A stretch of 64,000 nucleotides of DNA from Bacteroidota bacterium (GCA_016708785.1 JADJFC010000006.1:185411-249410), one strand, 5' to 3'; shown: positions 20,221 to 29,459, counted from the first letter of the stretch. Numbers and translations are program-made. Notes: generated by a model not told the origin, from the sequence alone.

Positions 20221-20592
20221 CTATTCCCACTTCAATGCGCCTTTTCTGATGATGTAGAAAAATCCTGTTAGTAGTAAACCCATAAATAAAAACATCTCTA
20301 ACAAACCCTGAACACCAAGTGTTTTGAAATTCACAGCCCAAGGGTACATAAATATGACCTCAACGTCGAATAAAACAAAGAGAATTGCGACAAGGAAGTA
20401 TTTGATTGAGAAGGGGATACGGGCATTTCCTTGTGGTTCAATACCACATTCGAAGGTCTCCAATTTTACCTTTGATTTTCGCTTGGGTCCCAGTAAATGA
20501 GTTGCGACCATTGTAGTGACAACGAACCCTGCAGCCACTAAGAATTGAATAAATATTGGAAAGAAGTCGGAGGTTTGACTGGAAGTACCCAT
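20221..20592 (-). CDS. nuoA: NADH-quinone oxidoreductase subunit A
   Basis: 123 aa. 3-TMS ND3 homolog. First gene of the operon. Confidence 0.88.
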   Translation of the reverse strand: MGTSSQTSDFFPIFIQFLVAAGFVVTTMVATHLLGPKRKSKVKLETFECGIEPQGNARIPFSIKYFLVAILFVLFDVEVIFMYPWAVNFKTLGVQGLLEMFLFMGLLLTGFFYIIRKGALKWE

Positions 20593-20623
20593 TTTTGATG
20601 AAATTCAGATGTTTTTATCTGAA

Positions 20624-20665
20624 TAACTGGCAAATTTAAGGTTTTTTGGTTCTGAAATCTTTTAA
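20624..20665 (-). promoter_or_regulatory. Candidate Bacteroidetes sigma-A promoter for nuoA-K (TAAATTTG -7 element)
   Basis: The minus strand reads CCTTAAATTTGCC 38 nt upstream of the nuoA ATG and matches the Bacteroidetes -7 consensus TAnnTTTG. The upstream -33 TTTG element is weak. Confidence 0.3.
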
Positions 20666-20895
20666 ATGTGGCTTTTTTTTGTCACTCATACAGGTTAGTT
20701 TAAAAGAAAATAAGAGGAAGCTATAAACTACTACTTATTAACAACTTAACAAAAATTCTTATTCGACATTTACAGTTAACATCAATTTCTTTTCACGAAG
20801 ATTTTACTAATCAGATGCAGGGAAGGCGTATATTATAGATAGTAGAAATAATATAATCCATTAGGATAAAATATCTATTGTTCAGATGTGATTAT

Positions 20896-21507
20896 TTATT
20901 CCTTATGTTTTTCCTTTTCTGCTTTTGCAATCAAAAGGTTTTTTCGAAATGATTCTTTTTCTTCATTTCCCGGATATGAAACTTCAAAAGTTTCTAAGTC
21001 CATTTCAAATGGAAGTATTAAAGCATCTGATGTTATTTCTTCAACATAACCGAAAACTTTCTGGTCATTGCAGCTATTCATATGTACACCATCTACGTCT
21101 GATGGATAAATAAAATGTGCGGGTTCAATTATTTTAATCAAATCACAACCCTTAAAAACGTAAATCCATTTAAAATCAGAATATAAAATGTAATTAAATT
21201 TTTCACAATAAAGTACGCTCATGATACTCTGATTATCATCAACGCACACAATTAATTCTTTCATTGTTAAATTCAGAAGATAACCATATCCGCTTGCTAA
21301 AATGAAAGCCGTTTTATTATCTCGATCTATTATAATTTGATCATCTCCTTTTTCATATCCTTTGCAAAATGATGCGATCCATTTATTTTCATCAGTCTCT
21401 TCGAATTCAATCAAAATATTATACGATGAAAATTTTCCGAAATGAATCACATTCTTTGTTTCTGATGATGATATTTCATGTAAAATTTTTGCATTCATAG
21501 TCTCCAA
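20896..21507 (-). CDS. Hypothetical cytoplasmic protein, AT-rich orphan
   Basis: 203-aa ORF with no signal peptide and no recognisable motifs. Isolated between nuo and the efflux operon, with 300-bp AT-rich flanks. Confidence 0.5.
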   Translation of the reverse strand: METMNAKILHEISSSETKNVIHFGKFSSYNILIEFEETDENKWIASFCKGYEKGDDQIIIDRDNKTAFILASGYGYLLNLTMKELIVCVDDNQSIMSVLYCEKFNYILYSDFKWIYVFKGCDLIKIIEPAHFIYPSDVDGVHMNSCNDQKVFGYVEEITSDALILPFEMDLETFEVSYPGNEEKESFRKNLLIAKAEKEKHKE

Positions 21508-21686
21508 TAATAAAATCTATCCAAGGTATTTCTTTACAATATAAGTCTCCTCATCGAAGAAATAATAAATACATTTTCATTTTTTTTCGCATTTGTAAAG
21601 GCCAAAATAGATTACTTCCCTATAGTCATTTTTTTTCTAGTTATTGATTTACAATATTATATGAATGTTAAAGCTGCATTTTTAAA

Positions 21687-21719
21687 TTAAACACTTGTTT
21701 AACTTAAACGTTTGTTTAA
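21687..21719. promoter_or_regulatory. Tandem 16-bp palindromes, candidate TetR-family operator
   Basis: TTAAACACTTGTTTAA, one C, then TTAAACGTTTGTTTAA. Each has inverted half-sites TTAAAC/GTTTAA. They lie 30-60 bp upstream of the tetR-family ATG (21749). Confidence 0.5.
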
Positions 21720-21748
21720 TTTTGCCCCCAAAATAATGCAAAACTAGA

Positions 21749-22387
21749 ATGGCAGAATTAACAGTCAGTAAAAGAAAGAAAGAACGGATCCTAGAAGTAT
21801 CGGAAGAACTGTTTGCAGAGTTTGGCTATGATCGAACTTCTGTGAGAATGATTGCACAAAAGGCAAACATCAACATTGCAATGATCTCCTACTATTTCGG
21901 CTCGAAGGAATTACTTTTCACTGAATTGGTAGAATATCGTGCATTGAGTTTTCGTCTACGGTTACAGGATATTCAAAAGGAGATTGAAGATCCAATGAAA
22001 CAAATTGAAATGATGATCGATGGTTACGTCGATAAAGTTTTTGTCAATCACCGTTTTCACAAAATTCTGCATCGACAAATTTCATTACAGAATTCTTCTG
22101 AATTGAATGTACAGATCCAATCGATTCTAATGAAGAATATCAACGAAGTAAAAAACATCATTGAATCAGGCATAAAGAAAAAAGTGTTTCGCCAGGTTGA
22201 TGTGGAATTTTTAATCATCACGTTTTTTGGAACTGTCTCGCAATTTTCTAATTCAAGTGGATTATCACTTAGCCTTCTTAATCTTGATCAGGGAATGCAT
22301 TTAACGCAGATTCCGGAAATGAAAAGCAGGATGAAAAAATACCTGACTGAGCTTTTTGCAAAGTACCTACTTATAACTAATAATTAA
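21749..22387 (+). CDS. TetR/AcrR-family transcriptional repressor
   Basis: 212 aa. N-terminal TetR HTH (RILEVSEELFAEFGYDRTSVRMIAQKANINIAMISYYFGSKE). Confidence 0.85.
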   Translation: MAELTVSKRKKERILEVSEELFAEFGYDRTSVRMIAQKANINIAMISYYFGSKELLFTELVEYRALSFRLRLQDIQKEIEDPMKQIEMMIDGYVDKVFVNHRFHKILHRQISLQNSSELNVQIQSILMKNINEVKNIIESGIKKKVFRQVDVEFLIITFFGTVSQFSNSSGLSLSLLNLDQGMHLTQIPEMKSRMKKYLTELFAKYLLITNN

Positions 22388-22423
22388 TAACGAAAAGTGA
22401 ATAATTACATCGATTAAGAAGCG

Positions 22424-22478
22424 GTGCTACTTACCACTCACCAATTACAAATTACCTTTTACCACTTTACCACTCACC
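22424..22478. repeat. Family C repeat, inverted orientation (CCACTCACC words)
   Basis: GTGCTACTTACCACTCACCAATTACAAATTACCTTTTACCACTTTACCACTCACC. Between tetR and the HlyD-family gene. Confidence 0.75.
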
Positions 22479-22488
22479 AAAATAAAAA

Positions 22489-23529
22489 ATGGAAACTCCA
22501 GAACCAAAAAAGAAAAAGAAAATCGTACCGATCATATTAGTATTGGTCGTCGGACTGATCTTATTTTATGTATTTAACAAGATCACTTATGCTCGTCATC
22601 ATGAGGATACGGATGATGCGCAAATTGACAATGATATCAATCCGGTGATGGCAAGAATTACCGGTTATGTTGATCAAATTCGATTTGAGGACAATCAACT
22701 TGTACATAAAGGCGACACACTTGTTTTGCTGGATGACCGTGACCTACAGATCAGAGTTGAACAAGCAGAAGCTGCTTTGGAAAATGCAAAAGCAGGCGTA
22801 ACAGTTGCTGAAGCAAATGTGAGTTCAGCCATAGCCAACTTTGAAACTGCTAAATCGACGTCGGAAGCAAGTCGTATTCGTGTTTGGAAGGCAACAACTG
22901 ATTACACTCGTTATGAAAATCTGTTAAAGGATAAAGCCATTGCACAACAAAAGTTTGATGTAGCAAAAGCAGAAAAGGAATCAGCAGAAGCAGGGCAAGT
23001 AATTGCACAACATCAACAAGCGGCAGCAAGCGCTATGGTCGAGGCAGCGAAAAAACAAATTTCTGTGGCAAATGCAAATGTGACACTGAAGCACGCAGAT
23101 CTTGATTATGCAAAACTCCAATTGTCGTACGCTACTATTATTGCGCCGGCATCAGGACTTGCTTCTAAAAAAAGCATTCAACCCGGACAACTTGTGAATG
23201 CAGGTGCAAATCTTTTTGCCATTGTGTCTAACAACAGCGTTTATGTTGTTGCCAATTTCAAAGAAACACAACTTGAACAAATGCAAAAAGGAAATTCCGT
23301 CGAAGTTATTGTGGATGCCTATCCAAACACCAAATTGGAAGGCACTATTGATAATTTCTCTGCGGCAACAGGAGCAAAATTTTCTCTTCTCCCACCCGAC
23401 AATGCAACAGGAAACTTTGTGAAAGTAATCCAAAGGGTACCGGTTAAAATTATTTTGAAAAATTCAGAAGCGCTGAAGGATAAGTTGAGGCCGGGGATGT
23501 CGGTGAAGGTGTCTGTGAAGGTAAGCTGA
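22489..23529 (+). CDS. HlyD-family membrane fusion protein (EmrA-like)
   Basis: 346 aa. N-terminal TMS and a long coiled-coil (AEAALENAKAGV...). C-terminal beta-barrel/lipoyl-type HlyD domain. Confidence 0.82.
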   Translation: METPEPKKKKKIVPIILVLVVGLILFYVFNKITYARHHEDTDDAQIDNDINPVMARITGYVDQIRFEDNQLVHKGDTLVLLDDRDLQIRVEQAEAALENAKAGVTVAEANVSSAIANFETAKSTSEASRIRVWKATTDYTRYENLLKDKAIAQQKFDVAKAEKESAEAGQVIAQHQQAAASAMVEAAKKQISVANANVTLKHADLDYAKLQLSYATIIAPASGLASKKSIQPGQLVNAGANLFAIVSNNSVYVVANFKETQLEQMQKGNSVEVIVDAYPNTKLEGTIDNFSAATGAKFSLLPPDNATGNFVKVIQRVPVKIILKNSEALKDKLRPGMSVKVSVKVS

Positions 23530-23610
23530 TTCAAAGTTAAAAGTATTTTAGAAAAATAAATCGCTGCCCAAAGTAAAAAATAAATTACCAATAAATTATC
23601 AAAAGCTCTA

Positions 23611-23655
23611 GGTTCAAGGCCAACTTTGAACTTTGAACTCAGAACTTTGAACTCA
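23611..23655. repeat. Family F tandem repeat (ACTTTGAACT words) upstream of emrB-like gene
   Basis: GGTTCAAGGCCAACTTTGAACTTTGAACTCAGAACTTTGAACTC, then an A-run. Confidence 0.7.
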
Positions 23656-23660
23656 AAAAA

Positions 23661-25211
23661 ATGCCCGAACAAGGTTTCAATAAATGGATCATCACGTTCA
23701 CCGTGATCATGGCGTCGTTGCTGGAGTTGATCGATACAACTGTGGTCAACGTTTCTATGCCGCAGATCATGGGGAATTTGGGGGCGACGTTAGAGGATGT
23801 CGGTTGGCTTGTTACTGCATATGCTGTTGCCAACGTAATTATTCTTCCAATGTCAGGATGGCTTTCTGCGAAATTCGGAAGGAAAAATTACTTCATTTTT
23901 TCAATTGTACTCTTTACTGTCGCTTCATTCTTTTGTGGTAATGCAGATAATATCTGGGAACTTGTCATCTTCCGTTTCATTCAGGGAATTGGTGGTGGTG
24001 CTTTGCTTGGAACATCACAATCAATTTTAGTAGAGACATGGCCGAAAGAACAATTAGGAATGGCTACTGCAATGTTTGGACTCGGAGTAGTTGTCGGTCC
24101 GACTTTAGGCCCAACTCTTGGCGGGTACATCACAGATCATTTTTCTTGGCCGTGGATCTTTTACGTGAACATTCCACTAGGGGTAATTGCTGTTCTATTA
24201 AGTATGGCTTACATCAAAGATTCAAAAGTCGTTCAGAAGATAGGAGCCGTCGATTGGGCCGGAATATTTTTTCTAATCCTTGGAGTTGGTTCACTTCAGG
24301 TTGTATTGGAAAAAGGTGAAGGCGAAGATTGGTTTCAAACGCCATACATTTCTGTATTGACTGCATTATCCGTTATTGGAATTGCATTATTTATCTGGCG
24401 AGAATTAACTGCTGAACATCCGATTGTTAATCTCCGCATTCTGAAAAATCGTGAATTGTCCATCGGAATGTTCACGACATTCATTCTTGGCTTCGGATTA
24501 TTCGGATCGGTATTCGTGTTTCCAATCTTCTGCCAAAATTTACTTGGCTTTACGGCTCAACAAACAGGAGAACTTTTAATCCCAGGCGGTCTGGCAACTA
24601 TATTCATGATGCCAATGGTAGGTAAATTGTTGCAGAGAAAAGTTCCACCCCAGATCATGGCAACCGGAGGATTCATTCTCTTCTTTATTTTTACGTATCT
24701 AATGTCAAACTCAAGTTTGTCGTCAGGAGAAAGCGATTTTTATCTGCCCTTGATCATTCGCGGAATGGGCTTAAGTTTATTGTTTGTCCCTTTGACAACA
24801 CTTGCACTTGGCTCATTAAAACCTGAAAACATTGCGCAAGGAACAGGACTGAATAATATGATGCGACAACTGGGTGGTTCATTCGGTGTTGCTCTTGTAA
24901 CAACATTTATCCATTTACGTCACGCGCATCATCGCAGCGATCTTATCGAACATATCAATCCATTCAATACTGCATTCAATGAACGTTTTCAGGCATATTA
25001 CCACAACTTTCTTTCCAGAGGATTTGATCCTGCGAAAGCGGAACAACTAACTTACAAAGCAATTGACCTAACAGTTGTAAAGCAAACGTATTTGATGACG
25101 TATATGGATGCTTTTTGGTTCATTGGGGTGTTTTTCATTACTTGTATTCCGCTGCTATATCTTCAAAGATTTAACAGGAGTGCGAAGATTTCTGCTGCGG
25201 ATGTGCATTAA
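23661..25211 (+). CDS. DHA2-family MFS multidrug efflux transporter (EmrB/QacA-like, 14 TMS)
   Basis: 516 aa. MFS motif A LSAKFGRKNYF. A 14-TMS hydropathy pattern with the central extra helix pair typical of EmrB. Confidence 0.82.
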   Translation: MPEQGFNKWIITFTVIMASLLELIDTTVVNVSMPQIMGNLGATLEDVGWLVTAYAVANVIILPMSGWLSAKFGRKNYFIFSIVLFTVASFFCGNADNIWELVIFRFIQGIGGGALLGTSQSILVETWPKEQLGMATAMFGLGVVVGPTLGPTLGGYITDHFSWPWIFYVNIPLGVIAVLLSMAYIKDSKVVQKIGAVDWAGIFFLILGVGSLQVVLEKGEGEDWFQTPYISVLTALSVIGIALFIWRELTAEHPIVNLRILKNRELSIGMFTTFILGFGLFGSVFVFPIFCQNLLGFTAQQTGELLIPGGLATIFMMPMVGKLLQRKVPPQIMATGGFILFFIFTYLMSNSSLSSGESDFYLPLIIRGMGLSLLFVPLTTLALGSLKPENIAQGTGLNNMMRQLGGSFGVALVTTFIHLRHAHHRSDLIEHINPFNTAFNERFQAYYHNFLSRGFDPAKAEQLTYKAIDLTVVKQTYLMTYMDAFWFIGVFFITCIPLLYLQRFNRSAKISAADVH

Positions 25212-25214
25212 AAA

Positions 25215-25246
25215 GGAAAGCCGGTCAATTCAGACCGGCTTTTTTG
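25215..25246 (+). terminator. Rho-independent terminator of the tetR-emrAB-like operon
   Basis: AAAGCCGGTC aattca GACCGGCTTTTTTG, a GC-rich 10-bp stem followed by a T-run. Confidence 0.7.
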
Positions 25247-25282
25247 AACCTACTAACTTTATTCACAAAAAAATATTCACTC

Positions 25283-25987
25283 TTATAATTTCGAAATCTC
25301 CCCACTCCCAATGATCTTCGAAGAAATTTTTCCCGGCTCCTGTACGTAATGCACATTCCCGCTTCCCGTGATGGTTACATTCAGATCATTTTTTACATCA
25401 ACTGTACTTGTTCCACTTCCACTGATCGCAACTGCACTTGAAAAACAATTCAGTTCATGTGCATTGATGTTTCCGCTTCCGCTAATACGATAATCTGTTT
25501 CTGCTGAACCGCCATTGAGAACCAAATTTCCTGAACCTGACAGATTTGCTTTCAGTGATTTACTGTTCACCATCACTCTGATATCGCCTGAACCTGATAA
25601 TTTGATATTCATGAAATCACATAGAAACTGACTGCGTGTTACTATATTTCCTGAACCCGTAAGCTCGAGAAGACAAAGATCTTTTACGGTAATATAAATT
25701 GTAACCGGCTTTGTGTATTTGATATTGTCTTCGTCATCGATTACCAGCGAATTGTTTTTTACTGTCGTGTTAATTTTTCCGAGGAGATTATCTTCTGCCT
25801 CAACACGAACTTCCTGAACATCGCCTTGTGTTACATATACATTTGCTGCACTTTTCAATTCGATACCGCTGAATGATTCTAATTGGCGGACTTCTGATGT
25901 TATTTTTCCTGAACCTTCTGTACGACAACCGTATGAAGTTGTAGTTAGGAGAAGGATTGATGCTAGGATTAAAAGATTTGTTTTCAT
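25283..25987 (-). CDS. GIN-domain (DUF2807, putative adhesin head) lipoprotein
   Basis: 234 aa. Lipobox TTTSYGC. Repeated GSGNI/GSGDI/GSGEI beta-helix rungs typical of the DUF2807/DUF4097 clan. Confidence 0.7.
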   Translation of the reverse strand: MKTNLLILASILLLTTTSYGCRTEGSGKITSEVRQLESFSGIELKSAANVYVTQGDVQEVRVEAEDNLLGKINTTVKNNSLVIDDEDNIKYTKPVTIYITVKDLCLLELTGSGNIVTRSQFLCDFMNIKLSGSGDIRVMVNSKSLKANLSGSGNLVLNGGSAETDYRISGSGNINAHELNCFSSAVAISGSGTSTVDVKNDLNVTITGSGNVHYVQEPGKISSKIIGSGEISKL

Positions 25988-26040
25988 TTTGATTTAATTG
26001 TGTGATTTAACTATTTAGTAAATTTATACTTTATGAGAGA

Positions 26041-27429
26041 TTAGAAGCCAATAAATGTTATTCCCACATTAACAGGATATAGAACCGGACCTTCGTTGTT
26101 TTTAAAGAGTGTTGATGCATAGTATTCTCCGTAGACATTAAATCGGCCGTATCCAATTGCTGCTCTGAAACCATAACGGAACGGATTTACATTGTGATTA
26201 CTGAAATCTTTTGCTTTACTGGTCTCGCCTGCAACTTCTACTTTTTGTTTTGTATGTGAACCAACCAGTAATCCAACCATTCCTCCTACTCCAATGTGAA
26301 ATGCATTTTTAGTATTTCTGCTTGTGAAGACTTCAAACATTAATGGAGCCATTAGATACGTTGTTACCAATTTACTCTTTATGTGAGCAACACCGGGAGT
26401 TGTGTCATGGTATGCTGTTGTGTAATCGCTTTTTGTAAGGAGAATATCATTATCGAAGCGATAATTGTTCCATGTAAACCCAAGGCCTGTAAAGAACCAG
26501 ACGTTACTATGTCCAAGTTCAATATTCTTTTGTAAAATGTTTAGTCCAACACTGATTGACTTCTCAACACGCAATTCGAAATTTTCTTTTCCGGGTGAAA
26601 GATTAAATGTTCCGCCATTATCCATATACGAATTTATTCCCATTTCAAATCCGCCCCAGATCGGCTTTGTATTGGAACGTTTGACCTTCACTTCATCCGT
26701 TTTACCAATGAACCATAATTGTGAATCTCCAAGATTGATACGCGTCGTATCCACTTTATTGCTGCCTGTAGAACTGTCGCTCATTTTTATCTTACCAATT
26801 CCGGAAATATTTTCATTTAACTTCTTAGGTAGCGTTTTGTAAATGATCGTTCCGCTGCCACTCACACTTGAATTCAGTTCTTCAGAAGCATCTAATGTGA
26901 TCTTACCGATTCCGGAAATAGAAGCATCCGCTTTTTGCACTTTCAGATCTTCTGCATCGATCTTTCCTGATCCGGGAACACTGAATTCAGCTTCATTGGC
27001 TTTGCCCGTTAATTCAATTTTTCCGGCGCCGGGAACTGTGGCTCTTACTTTAGAAGCATCGAGATCCATTTTAATTTTACCGTTACCGTTTATGATCAAT
27101 TCAATGTAATCGGTTTTGATCGTTGACTCGCTATAGACATCTGCTTTGCCGTCGACGTTAACTTCGTCCAGACTTGGCATTGTAATGAAATAGGTATTGC
27201 CTGTTGAATTGTCGATGTAAAGCGTTTGGTTATTTACATTCGCTTCGTCAGTGCTGATCAATGATCCGACAACTTTTACGGATTGAATCGGATCGATACG
27301 AACGTAAACAGTTGCGATGCTTGTTACTTTGATCTTTGTAAATGGACCTACCTGGAGGTTTGCTGTCTTTTGTCCTTTTGTAGTTGCTGCGATTATAAGT
27401 AATGCAGCGAGGAGTTTTAATGATTTCAT
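26041..27429 (-). CDS. Fusion of GIN-domain (DUF2807) beta-helix with C-terminal outer-membrane beta-barrel
   Basis: 462 aa. Signal peptide. N-terminal half has GxGKI rungs (PGAGKIELTG, PGSGKIDAED, SGIGKITLDA, SGSGTIIY, SGIGKIKM). C-terminal half has alternating hydrophobic beta-strands ending in ITFIGF (OMP C-terminal Phe). Confidence 0.65.
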   Translation of the reverse strand: MKSLKLLAALLIIAATTKGQKTANLQVGPFTKIKVTSIATVYVRIDPIQSVKVVGSLISTDEANVNNQTLYIDNSTGNTYFITMPSLDEVNVDGKADVYSESTIKTDYIELIINGNGKIKMDLDASKVRATVPGAGKIELTGKANEAEFSVPGSGKIDAEDLKVQKADASISGIGKITLDASEELNSSVSGSGTIIYKTLPKKLNENISGIGKIKMSDSSTGSNKVDTTRINLGDSQLWFIGKTDEVKVKRSNTKPIWGGFEMGINSYMDNGGTFNLSPGKENFELRVEKSISVGLNILQKNIELGHSNVWFFTGLGFTWNNYRFDNDILLTKSDYTTAYHDTTPGVAHIKSKLVTTYLMAPLMFEVFTSRNTKNAFHIGVGGMVGLLVGSHTKQKVEVAGETSKAKDFSNHNVNPFRYGFRAAIGYGRFNVYGEYYASTLFKNNEGPVLYPVNVGITFIGF

Positions 27430-27523
27430 ATGTATTGTTATTTGTTGTTTTTCGTTTTATAATAATGGGACGCGGTGGGTGGTGGAGAAGTTACAGGAGC
27501 TTGGAAAAAAATTCTAAAGTCAA

Positions 27524-27610
27524 AACACTAAGAACACAAGTTCACAAAAGTCCACGGAATTTGAGAATTATAGATTCCGTGGGCTTTTGTGAACTTGTGT
27601 TCTTAGTGTT
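27524..27610. repeat. Family G long hairpin (GTGAACTTGTG / CCACGGAAT words), about 37-bp stem
   Basis: AACACTAAGAACACAAGTTCACAAAAGTCCACGGAAT / 13-nt loop / ATTCCGTGGGCTTTTGTGAACTTGTGTTCTTAGTGTT with one mismatch. A related copy is at 47097-47159. Confidence 0.85.
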
Positions 27611-27630
27611 AAAAAATATTTTTGCTTTCC

Positions 27631-28764
27631 TTATTTCCCGCTCGTATGCGACACAGAAAATTTCTTCCCCACATTCACAGCAAAGGTATTCGCATCTTTA
27701 GCTACGGCGATATCTTTTGAGTCGGAAAAATGTTTCAGCTTTTCTGCAGCGAAGTCGAGGATGTTGCCGGGCTCGGATTTTTTAGTGTCTATATTTGCAA
27801 TTCCTAATTCGGCGAGTTCTTCGGTGGTGAAAACTTCGGAGAGATCATTTACCTGGCCTAATTTATGACCGGGCTTTTTTGGATTACTTGGATTTACCGG
27901 CTTATTGGCTTGTAGTGATTCAGAAGGATTTGAAATTGGGTTGACAATTTTGGGGGTGTTTGCTAACTTTTCTTCGGGCAAAATATTCTGCTGAACATTT
28001 TGTTGAATAGGAGATTTCACCGGTGCTTCCTCTTTGCGGATATTTTTTTGTTCTGCAAATGAAGGTGAGACTGACGGAGATTGTTTTACTTTATTGTTTT
28101 CTAATTTACGTTCATTCGTTTTATTCTCATCATTCTTTTGAGAATTATCGTTTTCATGATTATTAGTGGACGGTTTAATGTCTGCGATTGGCGCCGGAGT
28201 AGTTGAGTTATCATTGTGTGGCGCTTTTACCGGAACTTCAGAATTATTTTTATCGTCAGCAATCATTTTCTCATCCTTACGATCGGGACGGAAAATGAAA
28301 TATGCAATGGCGATCAGAATAATTGAAGCGGCAATAGATAAGTTTCTGTACAACGAAGTTGAGAAAGAAATAACTTTCGCTTCTCTTTTTAATGCAGACT
28401 TATTTGCAAAAAGAATTGTGTAGTCAGGAAGTACTCTGGTTTTTTTAACGATGTCCAGTTCTTGAGCAAGCGCAGAATCAACTTTAAGTTGTTGTTCTAA
28501 TTTGATCTTTTCTGCTCCACTCAAATCATTTTCGAAGTAAGCGATCAATCTTTCAGTTCTTGAAGTATCTTCTTTCTTCAAACTGTTTTTATCTGCAAAA
28601 ATAATCGGTTCCGCTTCTATTGCGGTATTAGAAAAAAGTTCGAACTCGGCTTTAAGATCCGGATTTTCATTCAGAAAAACGTGCAACTCTTCCACCTGAA
28701 CTTTGTTCAGCTTACCATCATAAAAATCGATGATATAGAGTTCGTAATTATTTCTTGTGATCAT
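27631..28764 (-). CDS. Putative anti-sigma factor (single-pass membrane protein with N/K/P-rich periplasmic region)
   Basis: 377 aa. Its start is 1 bp after the ECF sigma stop. One TMS (LSIAASIILIAIAYFIF) is followed by a low-complexity Asn/Lys/Pro/Ser-rich segment. No zinc-finger motif is present, so the assignment rests on position. Confidence 0.55.
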   Translation of the reverse strand: MITRNNYELYIIDFYDGKLNKVQVEELHVFLNENPDLKAEFELFSNTAIEAEPIIFADKNSLKKEDTSRTERLIAYFENDLSGAEKIKLEQQLKVDSALAQELDIVKKTRVLPDYTILFANKSALKREAKVISFSTSLYRNLSIAASIILIAIAYFIFRPDRKDEKMIADDKNNSEVPVKAPHNDNSTTPAPIADIKPSTNNHENDNSQKNDENKTNERKLENNKVKQSPSVSPSFAEQKNIRKEEAPVKSPIQQNVQQNILPEEKLANTPKIVNPISNPSESLQANKPVNPSNPKKPGHKLGQVNDLSEVFTTEELAELGIANIDTKKSEPGNILDFAAEKLKHFSDSKDIAVAKDANTFAVNVGKKFSVSHTSGK

Positions 28765-28765
28765 G

Positions 28766-29251
28766 TCAGATAACTCTTTCCGGTGAACCGATGTATTGTT
28801 TTAAAAATAATCGTGCCCGATAAATATATACTTTCACTTGCGACTCATTCAAATCAGTGATCTTCCCAATCTCTTCATAACTGTAGCCTTCGAAATCACG
28901 AAGGGTAATTACAGCTTTCTGAATTTCAGGAAGTAAATTCAGGGCGTCATTCAGTATTTTTTTTACATCTGAATATTGCTCTGAATGAAACAGACTTTCT
29001 TCATTTACTTCTGTATAATCAGAAATATGTTTTTTCTTTCTGATGCGGTCAATCATCGTGTGATAAGCCGTTGTAAACAAATAACTCTTTGCTTTATTTC
29101 CATCCACCTTCTCATGATTCCGCCACATTTTTTCGAATGCATCCTGAACCACATCTCTGGCCTCCTCTTCATCCCTCATGTTCTTGAGGATAAATCGGAA
29201 AAGACCATCAGCGTGTTCATCAACACATTGATTGTACTGGGCGGGTGTCAT
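28766..29251 (-). CDS. ECF (sigma-70 family group IV) RNA polymerase sigma factor
   Basis: 161 aa. Region 2 (DVVQDAFEKMW) and region 4 HTH (YSYEEIGKITDLNESQVKVYIYRAR). Confidence 0.82.
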   Translation of the reverse strand: MTPAQYNQCVDEHADGLFRFILKNMRDEEEARDVVQDAFEKMWRNHEKVDGNKAKSYLFTTAYHTMIDRIRKKKHISDYTEVNEESLFHSEQYSDVKKILNDALNLLPEIQKAVITLRDFEGYSYEEIGKITDLNESQVKVYIYRARLFLKQYIGSPERVI

Positions 29252-29362
29252 TTTTTGTGGTAAAAGTCGTAGTGTTCGATAATGGGACGGGCTTGTTGGC
29301 TGAAAGTTACAGATTTTCTTTTCTGGCAGCTATTGGACTTGAATTCAAGCAGTTACTATCTA

Positions 29363-29436
29363 TCGTGAATCGTATATTGTGAATCGTAAATCGAGTGCAC
29401 CATTCGGATTACAAATTACTATTCTCGAATTACGAC
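29363..29436. repeat. Family E repeat/hairpin (GTGAATCGTA / TTCGTAA words) upstream of sdaA
   Basis: GTGAATCGTAtattGTGAATCGTAAATCGAG ... CTCGAATTACGACC. A short relative is at 47181-47205 (TTCGAATTACGAATTACGAATC). Confidence 0.65.
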
Positions 29437-29459
29437 CCTCTAATTACTACCTTTGCAGC

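Noticed and set aside
20204-20341. nuoB ORF extended to 20341 overlapping nuoA by 120 bp
   Set aside because: The upstream 46 codons lack similarity to NuoB/PSST N-termini and overlap nuoA coding sequence. The internal ATG gives the canonical protein.
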